Origin: Acidimicrobiia bacterium
GTDB taxonomy: Bacteria; Actinomycetota; Acidimicrobiia; Spongiisociales; ZC4RG35
Direction: 5' to 3'
Assembly (NCBI GenBank): GCA_035249605.1
Contig: DATFGI010000026.1
Coordinates: forward strand, 2,730 to 66,729
Length of the DNA stretch: 64,000 bases
Below, in pieces: positions 25,386 to 35,547 of this stretch; position 1 is the stretch's first letter, and each line of letters starts with the position of its first letter. The position numbers and the translations under genes were made by a program. The notes under the pieces were generated by a model. The model was not told the DNA's origin and ran no database searches. It saw only the letters and a program-made list of their open reading frames with translations.

Positions 25386-26960
25386 ATGTCGGAGTTCGTC
25401 ATCGTCGGGAGCGGCATCAACTCCCTGGTGTGCGCGGCGTTGCTGGCGCGGGCGGGGCGGAAGGTGACCGTCCTCGAGCGCAACGACCGGGCGGGTGGGT
25501 GCATCCGCACCGAGGAGCTCTTCCCTGAATACCACCACGACTTGCTCTCGGGCTGGTATCCGCTGTTCACCAGCTCGCCGGCTTACGCCGCACTCGGCGA
25601 CGACCTCCACGAACGCGGGCTCGAGATCGTCAACACCGAGACCCCGACAGCGGTCCTCACCGATGACGGGCGCGGTCTCGTCCTGACCACCGACGACGCG
25701 GCCAACGTTGCCCGTCTCAACACGCAGCGACCCGGGGAGGGAGACCGTTACCGGGCCGTCATGGACGAGTTTCTCGCCCGGGACTCCGGGCTCGCCTTTG
25801 GGCTGTTGGGCACTCAGCTGTGGACGATGTCAGCGGCCCGCCTGCTCTGGTCCGATTCGAGGAAGAGGGGCGGGCTCCGTTCCATGGTCTCGTTCCTCGG
25901 TGACGCACTGGAGTCGGCTCGCAGCTGGTTGGAGCGTGATTTCGACGACGAGCTCACCCGTGCGTTGATCGCACCCTGGGTGCTCCACGCCGGTCTCGGC
26001 CCGGACGACGCCTATTCGGGGATCATGGGCAAGGTGATCCTCGCCGCCCTGGTCATGGCGGGAATGCCTGTGGTCAAAGGCGGATCCGACCAGGTCGTCG
26101 CCGCCTTCACGAGGCTGATCTCGGATCATGGTGGGGAGATCCGCACCGGTGTCGATGTCGAGCAGGTGCTGGTGGAAGGGGGGAAGGCGGTTGGGGTGCG
26201 AACCGTCGACGGGTCGGTGCATCGGGCGAGCCGGGGTGTCATCTGCAACGTCACCCCGACTCAGCTCTACGGGAGGCTGATCCCCGACGGGACCCTCGAC
26301 GGGAAGACGGTGAGCCGGGCGCTCGACTACAGATACGGCCGGGCCGACATGCAGATCCATCTCGCCCTCGATCGACAGCCCCGCTGGAAGGACCCGGAGG
26401 TGGGGGCGGCCACCATGATCCATCTGACCGACGGCCTCGGCGCGTTGTCCCGGGCGGTCAACGAGGCCGAGCGCGGTCTTCTCCCGGCGGCGGCAACCGT
26501 GGTGGTGGGCCAGCCCACGCTTTCCGACCCTGGTCGTGCCCCCGATGGCGGGGCCATCCTCTGGATCCAGCTCCAGGAGCTCCCCTCCTCGATCAAGGGG
26601 GATGCCGCCGGGGAGATCGAGACCCCGGCCGACGGGTCGTGGACCGAGGCGGTGCGGGAAGCCTATGCCGATCGCATCCAGGCCAGGCTCTCCCGCCACA
26701 TCGACAACCTCGACGAGGCGGTGGTGGGCAGACGCGTCCTCTCCCCGGCCGACCTGGAGAGCCTCAACGTCAACCTGGTAGGTGGCGACCCCTACTCCGG
26801 GGCCTGCACGCTGGACCAATTCCTCGTGTGGAGGCCCATGGGCCAGACCCAGAACCACGAAACCCCACTCCCCAATCTCTATCACATCGGGGCCTCCACC
26901 CATCCCGGTCCGGGTCTGGGCGGAGTCTCCGGCTATCTGGTCGCCCAGGACCTCATCTAG
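25386..26960 (+). CDS. FAD/NAD(P)-dependent oxidoreductase, phytoene-desaturase (CrtI)-like family
   Basis: It has an N-terminal Rossmann motif VIVGSGINSLVCAALLARAGRKVTVLERNDRAGG and a C-terminal ASTHPGPGLGGVSG. Confidence 0.8.
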   Translation: MSEFVIVGSGINSLVCAALLARAGRKVTVLERNDRAGGCIRTEELFPEYHHDLLSGWYPLFTSSPAYAALGDDLHERGLEIVNTETPTAVLTDDGRGLVLTTDDAANVARLNTQRPGEGDRYRAVMDEFLARDSGLAFGLLGTQLWTMSAARLLWSDSRKRGGLRSMVSFLGDALESARSWLERDFDDELTRALIAPWVLHAGLGPDDAYSGIMGKVILAALVMAGMPVVKGGSDQVVAAFTRLISDHGGEIRTGVDVEQVLVEGGKAVGVRTVDGSVHRASRGVICNVTPTQLYGRLIPDGTLDGKTVSRALDYRYGRADMQIHLALDRQPRWKDPEVGAATMIHLTDGLGALSRAVNEAERGLLPAAATVVVGQPTLSDPGRAPDGGAILWIQLQELPSSIKGDAAGEIETPADGSWTEAVREAYADRIQARLSRHIDNLDEAVVGRRVLSPADLESLNVNLVGGDPYSGACTLDQFLVWRPMGQTQNHETPLPNLYHIGASTHPGPGLGGVSGYLVAQDLI

Positions 26961-28567
26961 TGGTCGTGGAGACCTACGACGCGGTCATCATCGGGGCAGG
27001 TCACAACGGGCTGGCGACGGGTGTCATCCTCGCCGAGGCGGGGTGGAGCGTGCTGGTCCTCGAGCGCAACGACCGGCCGGGAGGATCGGTCCGCACCGAG
27101 GAAGTGACCCTTCCCGATTTCCGCCACGACCTGATGGCGATGAATCTCAACCTCTTCGCCGGGTCCCGGTTCTTCGAGAGATACGGCGAGCGACTCCGCC
27201 ACCATGGGTTCGACTTCGTGCCCACCTCGAACCCGGTGTGCTCGGTCTTCCCCGATGGCGGCCATGTCGCGATCACCACCGACCTGGAGAAGACCCTCGC
27301 CTCGATCTCTGCCCATTCGACCGCCGATGCCGACGCCTACCGGGCGCTGTTCGACCGCTTCGGCCAGACCGCACCGCACCTATTCCCTCTCCTCGGGGTC
27401 TCCATGCCCTCGTGGGCCGCGGCCAGGACGCTGTTTCGTGGATGGAGGAAGCTGGGTCGAGAATGGCCCCTGGAACTGGCCCGTCTCGTGCTCCAGTCCT
27501 CCCGCGAGTTCACCGGTGACCACTTTCAGAGCCGGGAGGCGGCCGCCCTTGTCGCCACATGGGGGATGCACCTCGACTTCCCGCCGGACGTGCCCGGCGG
27601 GGCGCTCTTCCCGTATCTGGAGACGATGGCCGCCCAGGCCAACGGGATGGTGATCGGCAAGGGCGGGGCGTCTTCGATGATCGACGGGCTCACCGGTCTC
27701 TTTCGTAGCCTCGGCGGCGAGCTCAGATACGGGGCCGAAGTCGATGGCATCGTGGTCGAGGGCGGGCGGGCCATCGGGGTGATCGTGGACGGGGAGAGAA
27801 TTCCCGTGGGGAGAGCGGTGATCTCAAACGTCGTCCCCAGCATCCTCTTCGGCAGGCTGGTCCCCGCCGATCGGTCTCCCGCCGAGATCCGGGACAAGGC
27901 CCGGCGTTATCGATATGCCCCCGGAACGATGATGGTCCACCTCGCCATGTCCGACCTACCCGAATGGCGAGCCGGGATCCCCGCCAGTCGATCCGCCTAC
28001 GTCCACGTCGGTGGGTACATGGACGACATGAGCCGGGCCTACGCCGACGCGGTAGCCGGTCGCCTACCCCGTCGGCCAACCCTTGTCGTCGGCCAGCCCA
28101 CCACTGTCGACCCGAGCAGGGCTCCCGAGGGCCGTCATGTCCTCTGGGTCCAGGTGCGGATGGTTCCCTCGCGGATCCAGGCCGATGCCGTCGGGGAGAT
28201 CGCCACCAACGACTGGGCCGAGGCGAAGGAGCCGTTTGCCGACAGGGTCATGTCCATCCTCGAAGAGCACGCTCCCGGGATTGGCTCCAGGGTCCTGGGC
28301 CGGCATGTCATCTCCCCGGAGGACCTGGAGACATTGAACCCCAACCTGGTCGGTGGGGACCAGCTCTCGGGGAGCCATCACCCGATGCAGTTCTTCGTGT
28401 TCCGCCCGTTCCCGGGATGGAGCCGATACAAGACCCCGATCGACCGGCTCTACATGTGTGGCGCCGCTACCTGGCCCGGCGCCGGGGTCGGAGCCGGGTC
28501 GGGAACCCTCCTCGGGGAGCGTCTCACCATGGGGGGAATCGGCGGGCGCCTCCGCAGCCGGGCGTGA
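26960..28567 (+). CDS. second CrtI-like FAD-dependent oxidoreductase (tandem paralog)
   Basis: It has AVIIGAGHNGLATGVILAEAGWSVLVLERNDRPGG and is colinear with the upstream gene through to GAATWPGAGVGAGSG. GTG 26960 overlaps the upstream TAG. Confidence 0.8.
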   Translation: MVVETYDAVIIGAGHNGLATGVILAEAGWSVLVLERNDRPGGSVRTEEVTLPDFRHDLMAMNLNLFAGSRFFERYGERLRHHGFDFVPTSNPVCSVFPDGGHVAITTDLEKTLASISAHSTADADAYRALFDRFGQTAPHLFPLLGVSMPSWAAARTLFRGWRKLGREWPLELARLVLQSSREFTGDHFQSREAAALVATWGMHLDFPPDVPGGALFPYLETMAAQANGMVIGKGGASSMIDGLTGLFRSLGGELRYGAEVDGIVVEGGRAIGVIVDGERIPVGRAVISNVVPSILFGRLVPADRSPAEIRDKARRYRYAPGTMMVHLAMSDLPEWRAGIPASRSAYVHVGGYMDDMSRAYADAVAGRLPRRPTLVVGQPTTVDPSRAPEGRHVLWVQVRMVPSRIQADAVGEIATNDWAEAKEPFADRVMSILEEHAPGIGSRVLGRHVISPEDLETLNPNLVGGDQLSGSHHPMQFFVFRPFPGWSRYKTPIDRLYMCGAATWPGAGVGAGSGTLLGERLTMGGIGGRLRSRA

Positions 28568-28570
28568 ACC

Positions 28571-29596
28571 TCAATTCTCGAGATCGACCGCTCTTCGACG
28601 CCGCCGCAATCGCCACGACGCCTCCCTGCTCCCGGTCAAGCCCTCCGGGCGTAACGCCAGGACCAGCAGCATCAGCACGCCGACCAGGATGAGACGGGTT
28701 CCGGCCGGCACCTGCAGGTCGAGGCCGAGAAGGGACATCCCCCTTTCCGTCTCGGCGAGCAGGGAGTTGACCCCCGAGACCAGCACGGCGCCGACCACCG
28801 CCCCCCAGAGGCTTCCAATCCCGCCCACCACCAGCATGGCCAGCGTGACGAAGGTGAGGTCGAGGAACACCTGCTGGGTGTTGATGCTCCCGAGGAGATG
28901 CACCAACAGACCTCCGGAGAGCCCGGCGAGGGCCCCGCTCAGGGCGAAGGCGGCCAATCTCTGACGATGGATGTCGATTCCGACGCTGCGCGCCGCCGCC
29001 GAGTCCTCCCTGGAGGCGCGGAGCATCCTCCCCAACCTGCTCCGCTGGTAAGCGAGGGCCGCCGCTACGACCAGCACGGCGCCGATCGTTGCCTGGAGAA
29101 AGCCCGTCGTGGTCGGTATCAGGGACAGCGTCTTCGCCCCGGGCCCGATCGCCTCCCAATTGCGGAGGACGTTGTTGGTGATGATGAGGACTGCGAAGGT
29201 GGCGATCCCGGCGGACAGTCCGGAGAGTCTCATGATCGGGATCCCCACCAGCAGGGCGAAGACACCCCCCAGGACGGCAGCCAGGGCAAGCGAGGCGATG
29301 TTCCCCATCTCCAAGTTGGCCAGGAAGGGGAGGAGGTCGGGGAAGGTGGTCGGCTTCACCTCGGCCGGAGCGGTGGCGAGCCCGGCGGCGAAGGCGCCGA
29401 CGGCCACGAAGCTGATATGCCCGAAGGACAGCACTCCCGAGTTGCCGATGAACACATACATGGAGACGACGATGGCGGTGGTCACCAGGATCGACAGGAC
29501 CTGGAACTGCAGCCCGGCGCTCAGCAAAGAGCCCACCAGCGCCACCGCGATCAGGAGCAACGTGGGCCCGGCGAGCTCAGGGAGACGTGTCCTCAT
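28571..29596 (-). CDS. livM: branched-chain amino acid ABC transporter permease (LivM-type)
   Basis: It is a polytopic membrane protein with the LivM-like pattern (RLAAFALSGALAGLSGGL) and sits in a liv-type operon. Confidence 0.85.
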   Translation of the reverse strand: MRTRLPELAGPTLLLIAVALVGSLLSAGLQFQVLSILVTTAIVVSMYVFIGNSGVLSFGHISFVAVGAFAAGLATAPAEVKPTTFPDLLPFLANLEMGNIASLALAAVLGGVFALLVGIPIMRLSGLSAGIATFAVLIITNNVLRNWEAIGPGAKTLSLIPTTTGFLQATIGAVLVVAAALAYQRSRLGRMLRASREDSAAARSVGIDIHRQRLAAFALSGALAGLSGGLLVHLLGSINTQQVFLDLTFVTLAMLVVGGIGSLWGAVVGAVLVSGVNSLLAETERGMSLLGLDLQVPAGTRLILVGVLMLLVLALRPEGLTGSREASWRLRRRRRAVDLEN

Positions 29597-30474
29597 ACCC
29601 GCTCGTAGCTCCTCTGCTCCCTGACGAAGAGCCCGTTGGGCCTCACCAGGAGCACCACGATGACGATGGCGAACAGCGCCGAGTTGAGGAACACCCGGGT
29701 CCCGGCGGGCAGCACCTGGCCGAGGACCACGGTGGCGAACCCGACGGAGAAGCCACCGAGTGTCCCGGCCACGAGACGGTCCATGCCTCCCACCACCACC
29801 CCGACCAGGGCGGGCACCAAGACGTTGAAGCCGAACGATGGTGTCACCAGGGGGCGTTGCACACCAAGTGCCAGGGTGACCAACCCGGCGAGCAGACCGG
29901 TGAGGACGAACGCGATGGTGATAACGCGGTTGGCGCGCACCCCGAGGATGCGGGCGGTGGTGAAGTCGGCGGCGGCGGCCCGCATCCGGAGACCGACGTC
30001 GGTCCGGCGCAGCAGCAGGGCGACTGCGGCCAGGACGCCTCCTCCGACCGCGAGGGATACCACGGTTATCCAGCGGATGCGGAGGACGCCCAGCGAGAAG
30101 GCCTCGTTCAACCCGGGCAGGAAGTCCATGGCCGTCCCTTGGGTGCCGAAGCCGAGCACCGCCACGTTCTGGAGCAGAAAGCTCAGGGCGAACGTGGCGA
30201 TCAGCGTGGTGGTCGGCGATGCAGATCGAAACGGTCGCAGGATCAGGTCCATCAGGCCGGCCAGGGCCACCGCGACTGCGATCGCCGCCGCGATCCGGAT
30301 CGGCACCGCCAGAGTCTTGGTGAGCACCAGGGCGTAGGCGGCGGCGGTGATCAGTTCGCCATAGGCGAAGTTCACCATGCGCATCACACCGAACAGCAGG
30401 CTGATCCCCAGTGCCACCACTGCGAAGAGGGCACCGAGGGCGAGGGCGTCGACGATGACCTGGAGGGCAGTCAC
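29593..30474 (-). CDS. livH: branched-chain amino acid ABC transporter permease (LivH-type)
   Basis: The N-terminus is LivH-like (LQVIVDALALGALFAVVALGISLLFGVMRMVNFAYGE). It overlaps neighbours by 4 nt. Confidence 0.85.
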   Translation of the reverse strand: MTALQVIVDALALGALFAVVALGISLLFGVMRMVNFAYGELITAAAYALVLTKTLAVPIRIAAAIAVAVALAGLMDLILRPFRSASPTTTLIATFALSFLLQNVAVLGFGTQGTAMDFLPGLNEAFSLGVLRIRWITVVSLAVGGGVLAAVALLLRRTDVGLRMRAAAADFTTARILGVRANRVITIAFVLTGLLAGLVTLALGVQRPLVTPSFGFNVLVPALVGVVVGGMDRLVAGTLGGFSVGFATVVLGQVLPAGTRVFLNSALFAIVIVVLLVRPNGLFVREQRSYERV

Positions 30475-31196
30475 GTTCCGAAGTAGGCCGCAGTCATACG
30501 GTCTATGTCGCCGGCGTCCTCAGGGCCGAGGGTGAGCACCAGCCGGCCCCCTCTCAGGACATGGGTCTCATCGGCGAATCCCACCGTGGACTGGGCCCGT
30601 TGTTCCACGAGGAGGATCGCCACCCCGTTCTCCCTGATGGCGGCGAGGGCATCCATCAGGCTGGCGACGATCGTCGGCGCCAGGCCCAAGGAGGGCTCGT
30701 CTAGGAGGAGGACCTCGGGCCTGCTCACCAGGGCACGCGCCAGTGCCAGTTGCTGTTGTTGGCCTCCTGAAAGCTCACCGGCCACCCGCCGTCCGAACTC
30801 GCGCACGACGGGGAACAGGTCGTGGACCCAGTCCAGGGCCGCCTCGGCCCCGTCGTCGCCCTTTCGGGCCAGCAGGCCGAGCCTCAGGTTCTCCGCCACG
30901 GTGAGGGAGGGAAAGATGTGCCGGCCCTCGGGCACGAGCGCCAGTCCCCGACCCACCCGGCTCTCGATCGGGAGGTCGGTTATGGGCTCGCCGTGGAGAC
31001 GTATCTCCCCGGTGCGGGGGCGAACCGTCCCCGCGATGGCGGCGAGAGTGCTGGACTTGCCCGCCCCATTTGCCCCGATCAGACCCAGCACCTCGCCCCG
31101 GTTGAGGCTGAGGTCGAGCCCGCGCACCACCGCCACCGGGCCGTAGCGCACCTCCAGGTCACGGACCTCGAGGATGGGCGAATCTGGCTCAGGCAT
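30471..31196 (-). CDS. livF: branched-chain amino acid ABC transporter ATPase (LivF-type)
   Basis: It has Walker A GANGAGKSS, signature LSGGQQQQLALARAL and LLLDEPS. I prefer ATG 31196 over 31235. Confidence 0.85.
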   Translation of the reverse strand: MPEPDSPILEVRDLEVRYGPVAVVRGLDLSLNRGEVLGLIGANGAGKSSTLAAIAGTVRPRTGEIRLHGEPITDLPIESRVGRGLALVPEGRHIFPSLTVAENLRLGLLARKGDDGAEAALDWVHDLFPVVREFGRRVAGELSGGQQQQLALARALVSRPEVLLLDEPSLGLAPTIVASLMDALAAIRENGVAILLVEQRAQSTVGFADETHVLRGGRLVLTLGPEDAGDIDRMTAAYFGT

Positions 31197-31950
31197 GAGT
31201 GGTCCCGAGATATGCGGTGGCAACGTCGGGGTCACGGGCGATCTCCTCGGGGGTCCCCGCAGCGATCATCACGCCCTGGTCGAGGACGTGGATCCGGTCA
31301 CATGCCGACATGATGAGTGAGACGTTGTGATCGATGAGGAGGACTCCCACCTCGTGATCCCCCCTGAGCGAGCGGATAACCGCCGCGAAGTCGGGGATCT
31401 CCGACTCGCTCAGCCCGGCGGCGGGCTCGTCGAACAGGACGAAATGTGGAGAGGTGGCCAACGCCCTGGCCACACCGAGCTTGCGCAGACTGCCGTGGGG
31501 TAGGGCTCCCGCCGGCTCGTCGGCCAGGGACCACAAGTCGAGGAGACGGAGGATCCGCTCTGCCTCCCGGGTCGCCTCGGCCGGGCCCACTCCGACACCG
31601 AGAGCGCTGACTTCCACGTTCTCCCGGACCGAGAGGCCGGGGAAGGTGTGTCCTTGCTGGAACGTCCGGGACAGCCCCATCCGCCCCAGGAGATGAGGGG
31701 CGAGCCCGGTGATGTCGGTGTCCCCGAGGGTGACTCTGCCCCGGTCCGGTGTGTCGAAGCCCGTGATCAGGTTGACCAGCGTCGACTTGCCGGCGCCGTT
31801 GGGCCCGATGAGACCCACCACCTCGTGGCGGTGCAGCTCCAGGTCCACACCGTCGAGGGCGTGGATCCCGGCGAAGCTCCGGCTCATGCCGAGGGCCCGC
31901 AGTGTGTCTGCGGGCCCTCGGTCGTCTCCACTCGACCTGGAGCGAGGCAT
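31189..31950 (-). CDS. livG: branched-chain amino acid ABC transporter ATPase (LivG-type)
   Basis: It has Walker A GPNGAGKST, the signature-like LPHGSLRKLGVARAL, and VLFDEPAAG. Confidence 0.85.
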   Translation of the reverse strand: MPRSRSSGDDRGPADTLRALGMSRSFAGIHALDGVDLELHRHEVVGLIGPNGAGKSTLVNLITGFDTPDRGRVTLGDTDITGLAPHLLGRMGLSRTFQQGHTFPGLSVRENVEVSALGVGVGPAEATREAERILRLLDLWSLADEPAGALPHGSLRKLGVARALATSPHFVLFDEPAAGLSESEIPDFAAVIRSLRGDHEVGVLLIDHNVSLIMSACDRIHVLDQGVMIAAGTPEEIARDPDVATAYLGTTHA

Positions 31951-31969
31951 CGGTGGCTCTAGCGGACCA

Positions 31970-33247
31970 CTAGCCGATGTCGGCCGGAGAGGTCGCCTGC
32001 CGTGTCTCCACGAGCGAGTGCTGGCCGCCCTGCACCTGCATCACCCGGTAGTCCCGACCGAACACGGTGTGGAATTCGGGGGAGAGGCTGATCGGGCCGG
32101 TCAGGGTGGTGAACCCGTCCAATGTCTCCAAGAAAGCGGCGAGGTCGGCGCCGGTGGTCCCACCGGTCTCGGCGATCGCCGCCGCGATCGCCTCGATGGT
32201 GGCGGCCCCGGTGATGAAGCCACCGGTGGCCGGTGGCTGTCCGGTCGCCGCCTCCATGTCGGAGATGAGAGCGTTGACGTCCGCACTCGGATCGTCACCG
32301 AAGACCGATGCGAAGGTGACGTAATAGAACTCGGAGAGATCCTCTGAGATCCAGTAGGCGCCGTCACACGACCACCCACAGATGATCGGTGTGTCGTTTC
32401 CGAGGCTCCGGATGCCCTGCACCATGGCGGGCATGTCGTCGAAGGCGGTCGAGGTGGCTATGACGTCGACGTCCTCCTGGGCGACCGAGGAGACCACGCT
32501 GCCGATGGTCCCGTCGAAGTTGGTGAACTCCTCTTGGGCGACGATGGTCCCGCCCAGCTCCGCATAACGCACGGCGAAGGCATCCACCACGTCCTGGAAG
32601 TACACGATGAGGTTGTCCTTCACGGTTGCGGCGGTCATCCAGCCCTGGTCGATGGCGAACTCGGCCATGGCCGCTCCCTCGTCCTGGGCAACGTTGCCAA
32701 AGCTGAAGGCGAGCCTTCCTTGCTCACCGAACCTGTCCGGGCCCATTTGGTCGGTCCCGATGCAGGGCGCCACCGCGAGCACGCCCCGGCTCAGAGCCTC
32801 CTGGATCGCGGGAGTGGCGAAGTCCACGTCGCAGGTGACCAACAGGGCAGCGGCCCCCTGATCGAGGAGATCGATTGCCGCAGTCAGGGTCTGCTCGGGG
32901 TCGAGCTGGGTGTCTATCACCTCGAGCTCCAGCATCTGGCCGTTGACCCCGCCATCGGCGTTGATCTGGTCGATCTCGATCTGCGCCGCGGCTATGGCCG
33001 GAGCGTCGAAGGGCGCCATCTGGCTGGTGAGGTCTACCGCGGCGCCGATGAGGATGGTTTCCCCGTCTCCAGCGGCGACCGTGGTCCCCGACGTCTCCGC
33101 CGTGGTCGCCGGTGCCCCCGCCGTTGTCGTCGTCTCGTCATCGCCACCGCCCGTCGTGGTGGTGGTCTCAGCGGTGCCCGTGCAGGCGGCGAGCAGAGCC
33201 AAGAACACCACGAGGACCAGCGATCGCATCCTCGTCCTGAGTTTCAT
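31970..33247 (-). CDS. ABC transporter substrate-binding lipoprotein (Leu/Ile/Val-binding family)
   Basis: It has a lipobox (FLALLAACTG), a Thr-rich linker and a type-I periplasmic-binding fold pattern. It is the first gene of the liv-type operon. ATG 33247 was chosen as start. Confidence 0.8.
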   Translation of the reverse strand: MKLRTRMRSLVLVVFLALLAACTGTAETTTTTGGGDDETTTTAGAPATTAETSGTTVAAGDGETILIGAAVDLTSQMAPFDAPAIAAAQIEIDQINADGGVNGQMLELEVIDTQLDPEQTLTAAIDLLDQGAAALLVTCDVDFATPAIQEALSRGVLAVAPCIGTDQMGPDRFGEQGRLAFSFGNVAQDEGAAMAEFAIDQGWMTAATVKDNLIVYFQDVVDAFAVRYAELGGTIVAQEEFTNFDGTIGSVVSSVAQEDVDVIATSTAFDDMPAMVQGIRSLGNDTPIICGWSCDGAYWISEDLSEFYYVTFASVFGDDPSADVNALISDMEAATGQPPATGGFITGAATIEAIAAAIAETGGTTGADLAAFLETLDGFTTLTGPISLSPEFHTVFGRDYRVMQVQGGQHSLVETRQATSPADIG

Positions 33248-33433
33248 CACATACCTTTCAATCTGGTGGCTGTCCGGAAGGACAGGGGCCATTGTGTCAC
33301 CTGGCGACCAGCTGCGAGAGCCAGGACCCGGGTTCTGTGCACGGGTGACGTGTCAGGAACCGGGCGCTGACGCCGCCCCGGCCATGTCCTCGTGTCTAAC
33401 GTGCGCATCCCGTTCAGGAGCTAGGAGAGCCCG

Positions 33434-33901
33434 ATGACCACACCCGAACAGCCGGTCCCGGCACAGCCGGTCACCCCGGCGCCCCTTGCCGACTGGGGTA
33501 CCAGGGCGATCGGGGCGATCATCGACTGGGCGCCGGTGGGGATCCTCAACGCCATCTTCTTCCGGGTCGACTTCGTCAACTTCCTGCTCGGATTGGCGGG
33601 TCTGGCCTATTGGGCGTACATCGGCCATCTGGAAGGGGTCACCGGGCAAACCCCGGGCAAGGCGATCATGGGCACCCGGCTGGTCAACGAACGTGGTGAG
33701 CTGATAGGGAGCGGGGCGGGGATCGGGCGCAAGTTCCTCCATATCGTCGACTTCATCGTGTGTTTCCTGGGTTGGCTGCTCCCCCTCGTCGACGCCAAGC
33801 GGCAGACCATCGCCGACAAGTTGATGCAGACCTTTGTGGTCGCCGGCGTCGAGAAGAAGCCGTTCGCCGTCGAGCTCTGGAGCCCACCCAAGACCGGCTA
33901 G
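33434..33901 (+). CDS. RDD-family membrane protein
   Basis: It has the pattern WGTRAIGAIIDW...GQTPGKAIMGTRLV...DAKRQTIADKLMQTFVV, with TM helices between the motifs. Confidence 0.75.
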   Translation: MTTPEQPVPAQPVTPAPLADWGTRAIGAIIDWAPVGILNAIFFRVDFVNFLLGLAGLAYWAYIGHLEGVTGQTPGKAIMGTRLVNERGELIGSGAGIGRKFLHIVDFIVCFLGWLLPLVDAKRQTIADKLMQTFVVAGVEKKPFAVELWSPPKTG

Positions 33902-35016
33902 GCGGCACCGTCCTCGAGGTCGGCGATCAGCTTGGCGATGCGACCGGTGCATGTCTCCAGGTCGGCCGGGGGCACCACCGCGGTCACCTTGTCCACCAGG
34001 TGGGCCAACTCACTGGCCGCCGGTCCGGAAGATGGGTCGAGCACGACCGGACGCCCATCGTCCCCGCCCTCGACCACGGCCTGGTCCAATGGGATCGATG
34101 CGAGCATGGGAACACCCAACTCATCGGCGAGCTCCTTGCCACCGCCCTGACCGAAGACATCGCCGGACATGTTCTCGATCACCCCGACCACAGGCATGTG
34201 CGAACGCCGTGCCATGTCGGCGACCCGGATCGCCACCCTCTGCGCCGCCCTCTGCGGGGTGGTGACTACCAGCATCTCGGCCTGGGGGAGCATCCGGGTC
34301 AACGCCATCTGAACGTCGCCGGTGCCAGGGGGCATGTCGAGGATCAGGTAGTCGAGGTCTCCCCACGCCACCTGCTTGAGGAACTGCTCCAGAGCCTTGG
34401 ACAGCATCAGCCCCCGCCACATCAAGGCGGTCTCCTCCGATTCGATGATGAGACCGGTGGACACGACACGCACACCGTTCGCCATCACCGGCTCGATCAG
34501 CTTGGTGTCTGCATCCGCTTCCAGCTTTCCCTCGGCCCCGATCATCCTGGGGATCGAGAAACCCCAGATGTCGGCGTCGAGCAAGCCGACTTCGAATCCC
34601 TGCGCCGCCAGCCCGGCGGCGAGGTTGACCGACATCGACGACTTGCCCACGCCACCCTTGCCCGAGGCGATGGCGATCACCCGCGTGGTGGAGGCGACCT
34701 GGGTCGGCTCGGCGTTGTCTCTGGCGTGGCGCCGGGCCACCGACATCAGCTCGGCGCGCTGCCGTTTGGTCATGGCCGTGGTGTGAATGCTCACCGTCTC
34801 CACGCCCGGCATCGACTGCACGCGGCGCCGGGTATCGGCTTCCAGCTGGTTGCGCAGCGGGCACTCGGCGATGGTGAGGGCCAATCCGATCCCGACCTCC
34901 CCACCGTCGATGCGAACGTCGGTGATCATGCCCAGTTCGACCACGTTGCCGCCGAGCTCGGGGTCGCGCACCCCTTCCAGGGTTTTCATCACCTCGTACC
35001 GGGTAACGGAGGACAT
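33898..35016 (-). CDS. Mrp/ApbC/NBP35-family Fe-S cluster carrier ATPase with N-terminal DUF59 domain
   Basis: The DUF59 part is LEGVRDPELGGNVVELGMI...AECPLR. The deviant Walker A is ASGKGGVGKSS. ATG 35016 was chosen as start. Confidence 0.9.
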   Translation of the reverse strand: MSSVTRYEVMKTLEGVRDPELGGNVVELGMITDVRIDGGEVGIGLALTIAECPLRNQLEADTRRRVQSMPGVETVSIHTTAMTKRQRAELMSVARRHARDNAEPTQVASTTRVIAIASGKGGVGKSSMSVNLAAGLAAQGFEVGLLDADIWGFSIPRMIGAEGKLEADADTKLIEPVMANGVRVVSTGLIIESEETALMWRGLMLSKALEQFLKQVAWGDLDYLILDMPPGTGDVQMALTRMLPQAEMLVVTTPQRAAQRVAIRVADMARRSHMPVVGVIENMSGDVFGQGGGKELADELGVPMLASIPLDQAVVEGGDDGRPVVLDPSSGPAASELAHLVDKVTAVVPPADLETCTGRIAKLIADLEDGAA

Positions 35017-35102
35017 GCACCAAGGGTATTCCGTCACAGCGGTAGGGGAATGGTGAACCATCCGCTTGCCGTTAAGATGGGAGAGACTTCAGGTAGGAGC
35101 CA

Positions 35103-35465
35103 ATGACTCAGATTCTGTCCATCAAGTCAACCAAGCCCCAGAAGACGGTCGACCTCACCGAAACCGCGGTGGCGAAGGTGCGTGAGCTGATCGCCGCCGA
35201 GGGGGAACAGGGTCTGGCCCTCCGTATGGCGGTCCGTCCCGGTGGCTGCTCGGGCTTCTCCTACGAGATGTACTTCGATGCCGAGGTGGACGACAACGAC
35301 ATCGTCGAGGAGTTCGACGATGTCCGTGTCCTGGTCGACCCGCAGAGCGCCGAGATGGTTCGCGGCGCCACCCTCGACTACAAGGAGGGTCTGATGGGCG
35401 CCGGCTTCGCCATCGACAACCCCAATGTCACTCGCAGCTGCGGTTGCGGCAACTCTTTCAGCTGA
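35103..35465 (+). CDS. HesB/IscA/ErpA-family iron-sulfur cluster insertion protein
   Basis: It has GGCSGFSY and the C-terminal SCGCGNSF motif. Confidence 0.9.
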   Translation: MTQILSIKSTKPQKTVDLTETAVAKVRELIAAEGEQGLALRMAVRPGGCSGFSYEMYFDAEVDDNDIVEEFDDVRVLVDPQSAEMVRGATLDYKEGLMGAGFAIDNPNVTRSCGCGNSFS

Positions 35466-35483
35466 GGACTCCTCAGCGACTCG

Positions 35484-35526
35484 GCGTGTGCAGGAGACGT
35501 GCCCGGGGCACGTCTCCTGCACACGC
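35484..35526. repeat. 43-nt near-perfect palindrome (REP-like element / terminator hairpin), family GCGTGTGCAGGAG...CTCCTGCACACGC
   Basis: GCGTGTGCAGGAGACGTGCCC-G-GGGCACGTCTCCTGCACACGC has 21-bp arms and lies just downstream of the erpA-like stop. It shares its outer 13 nt with the element at 40224-40266. Confidence 0.6.
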
Positions 35527-35547
35527 ATCACGTAGACAGGAGCCACC

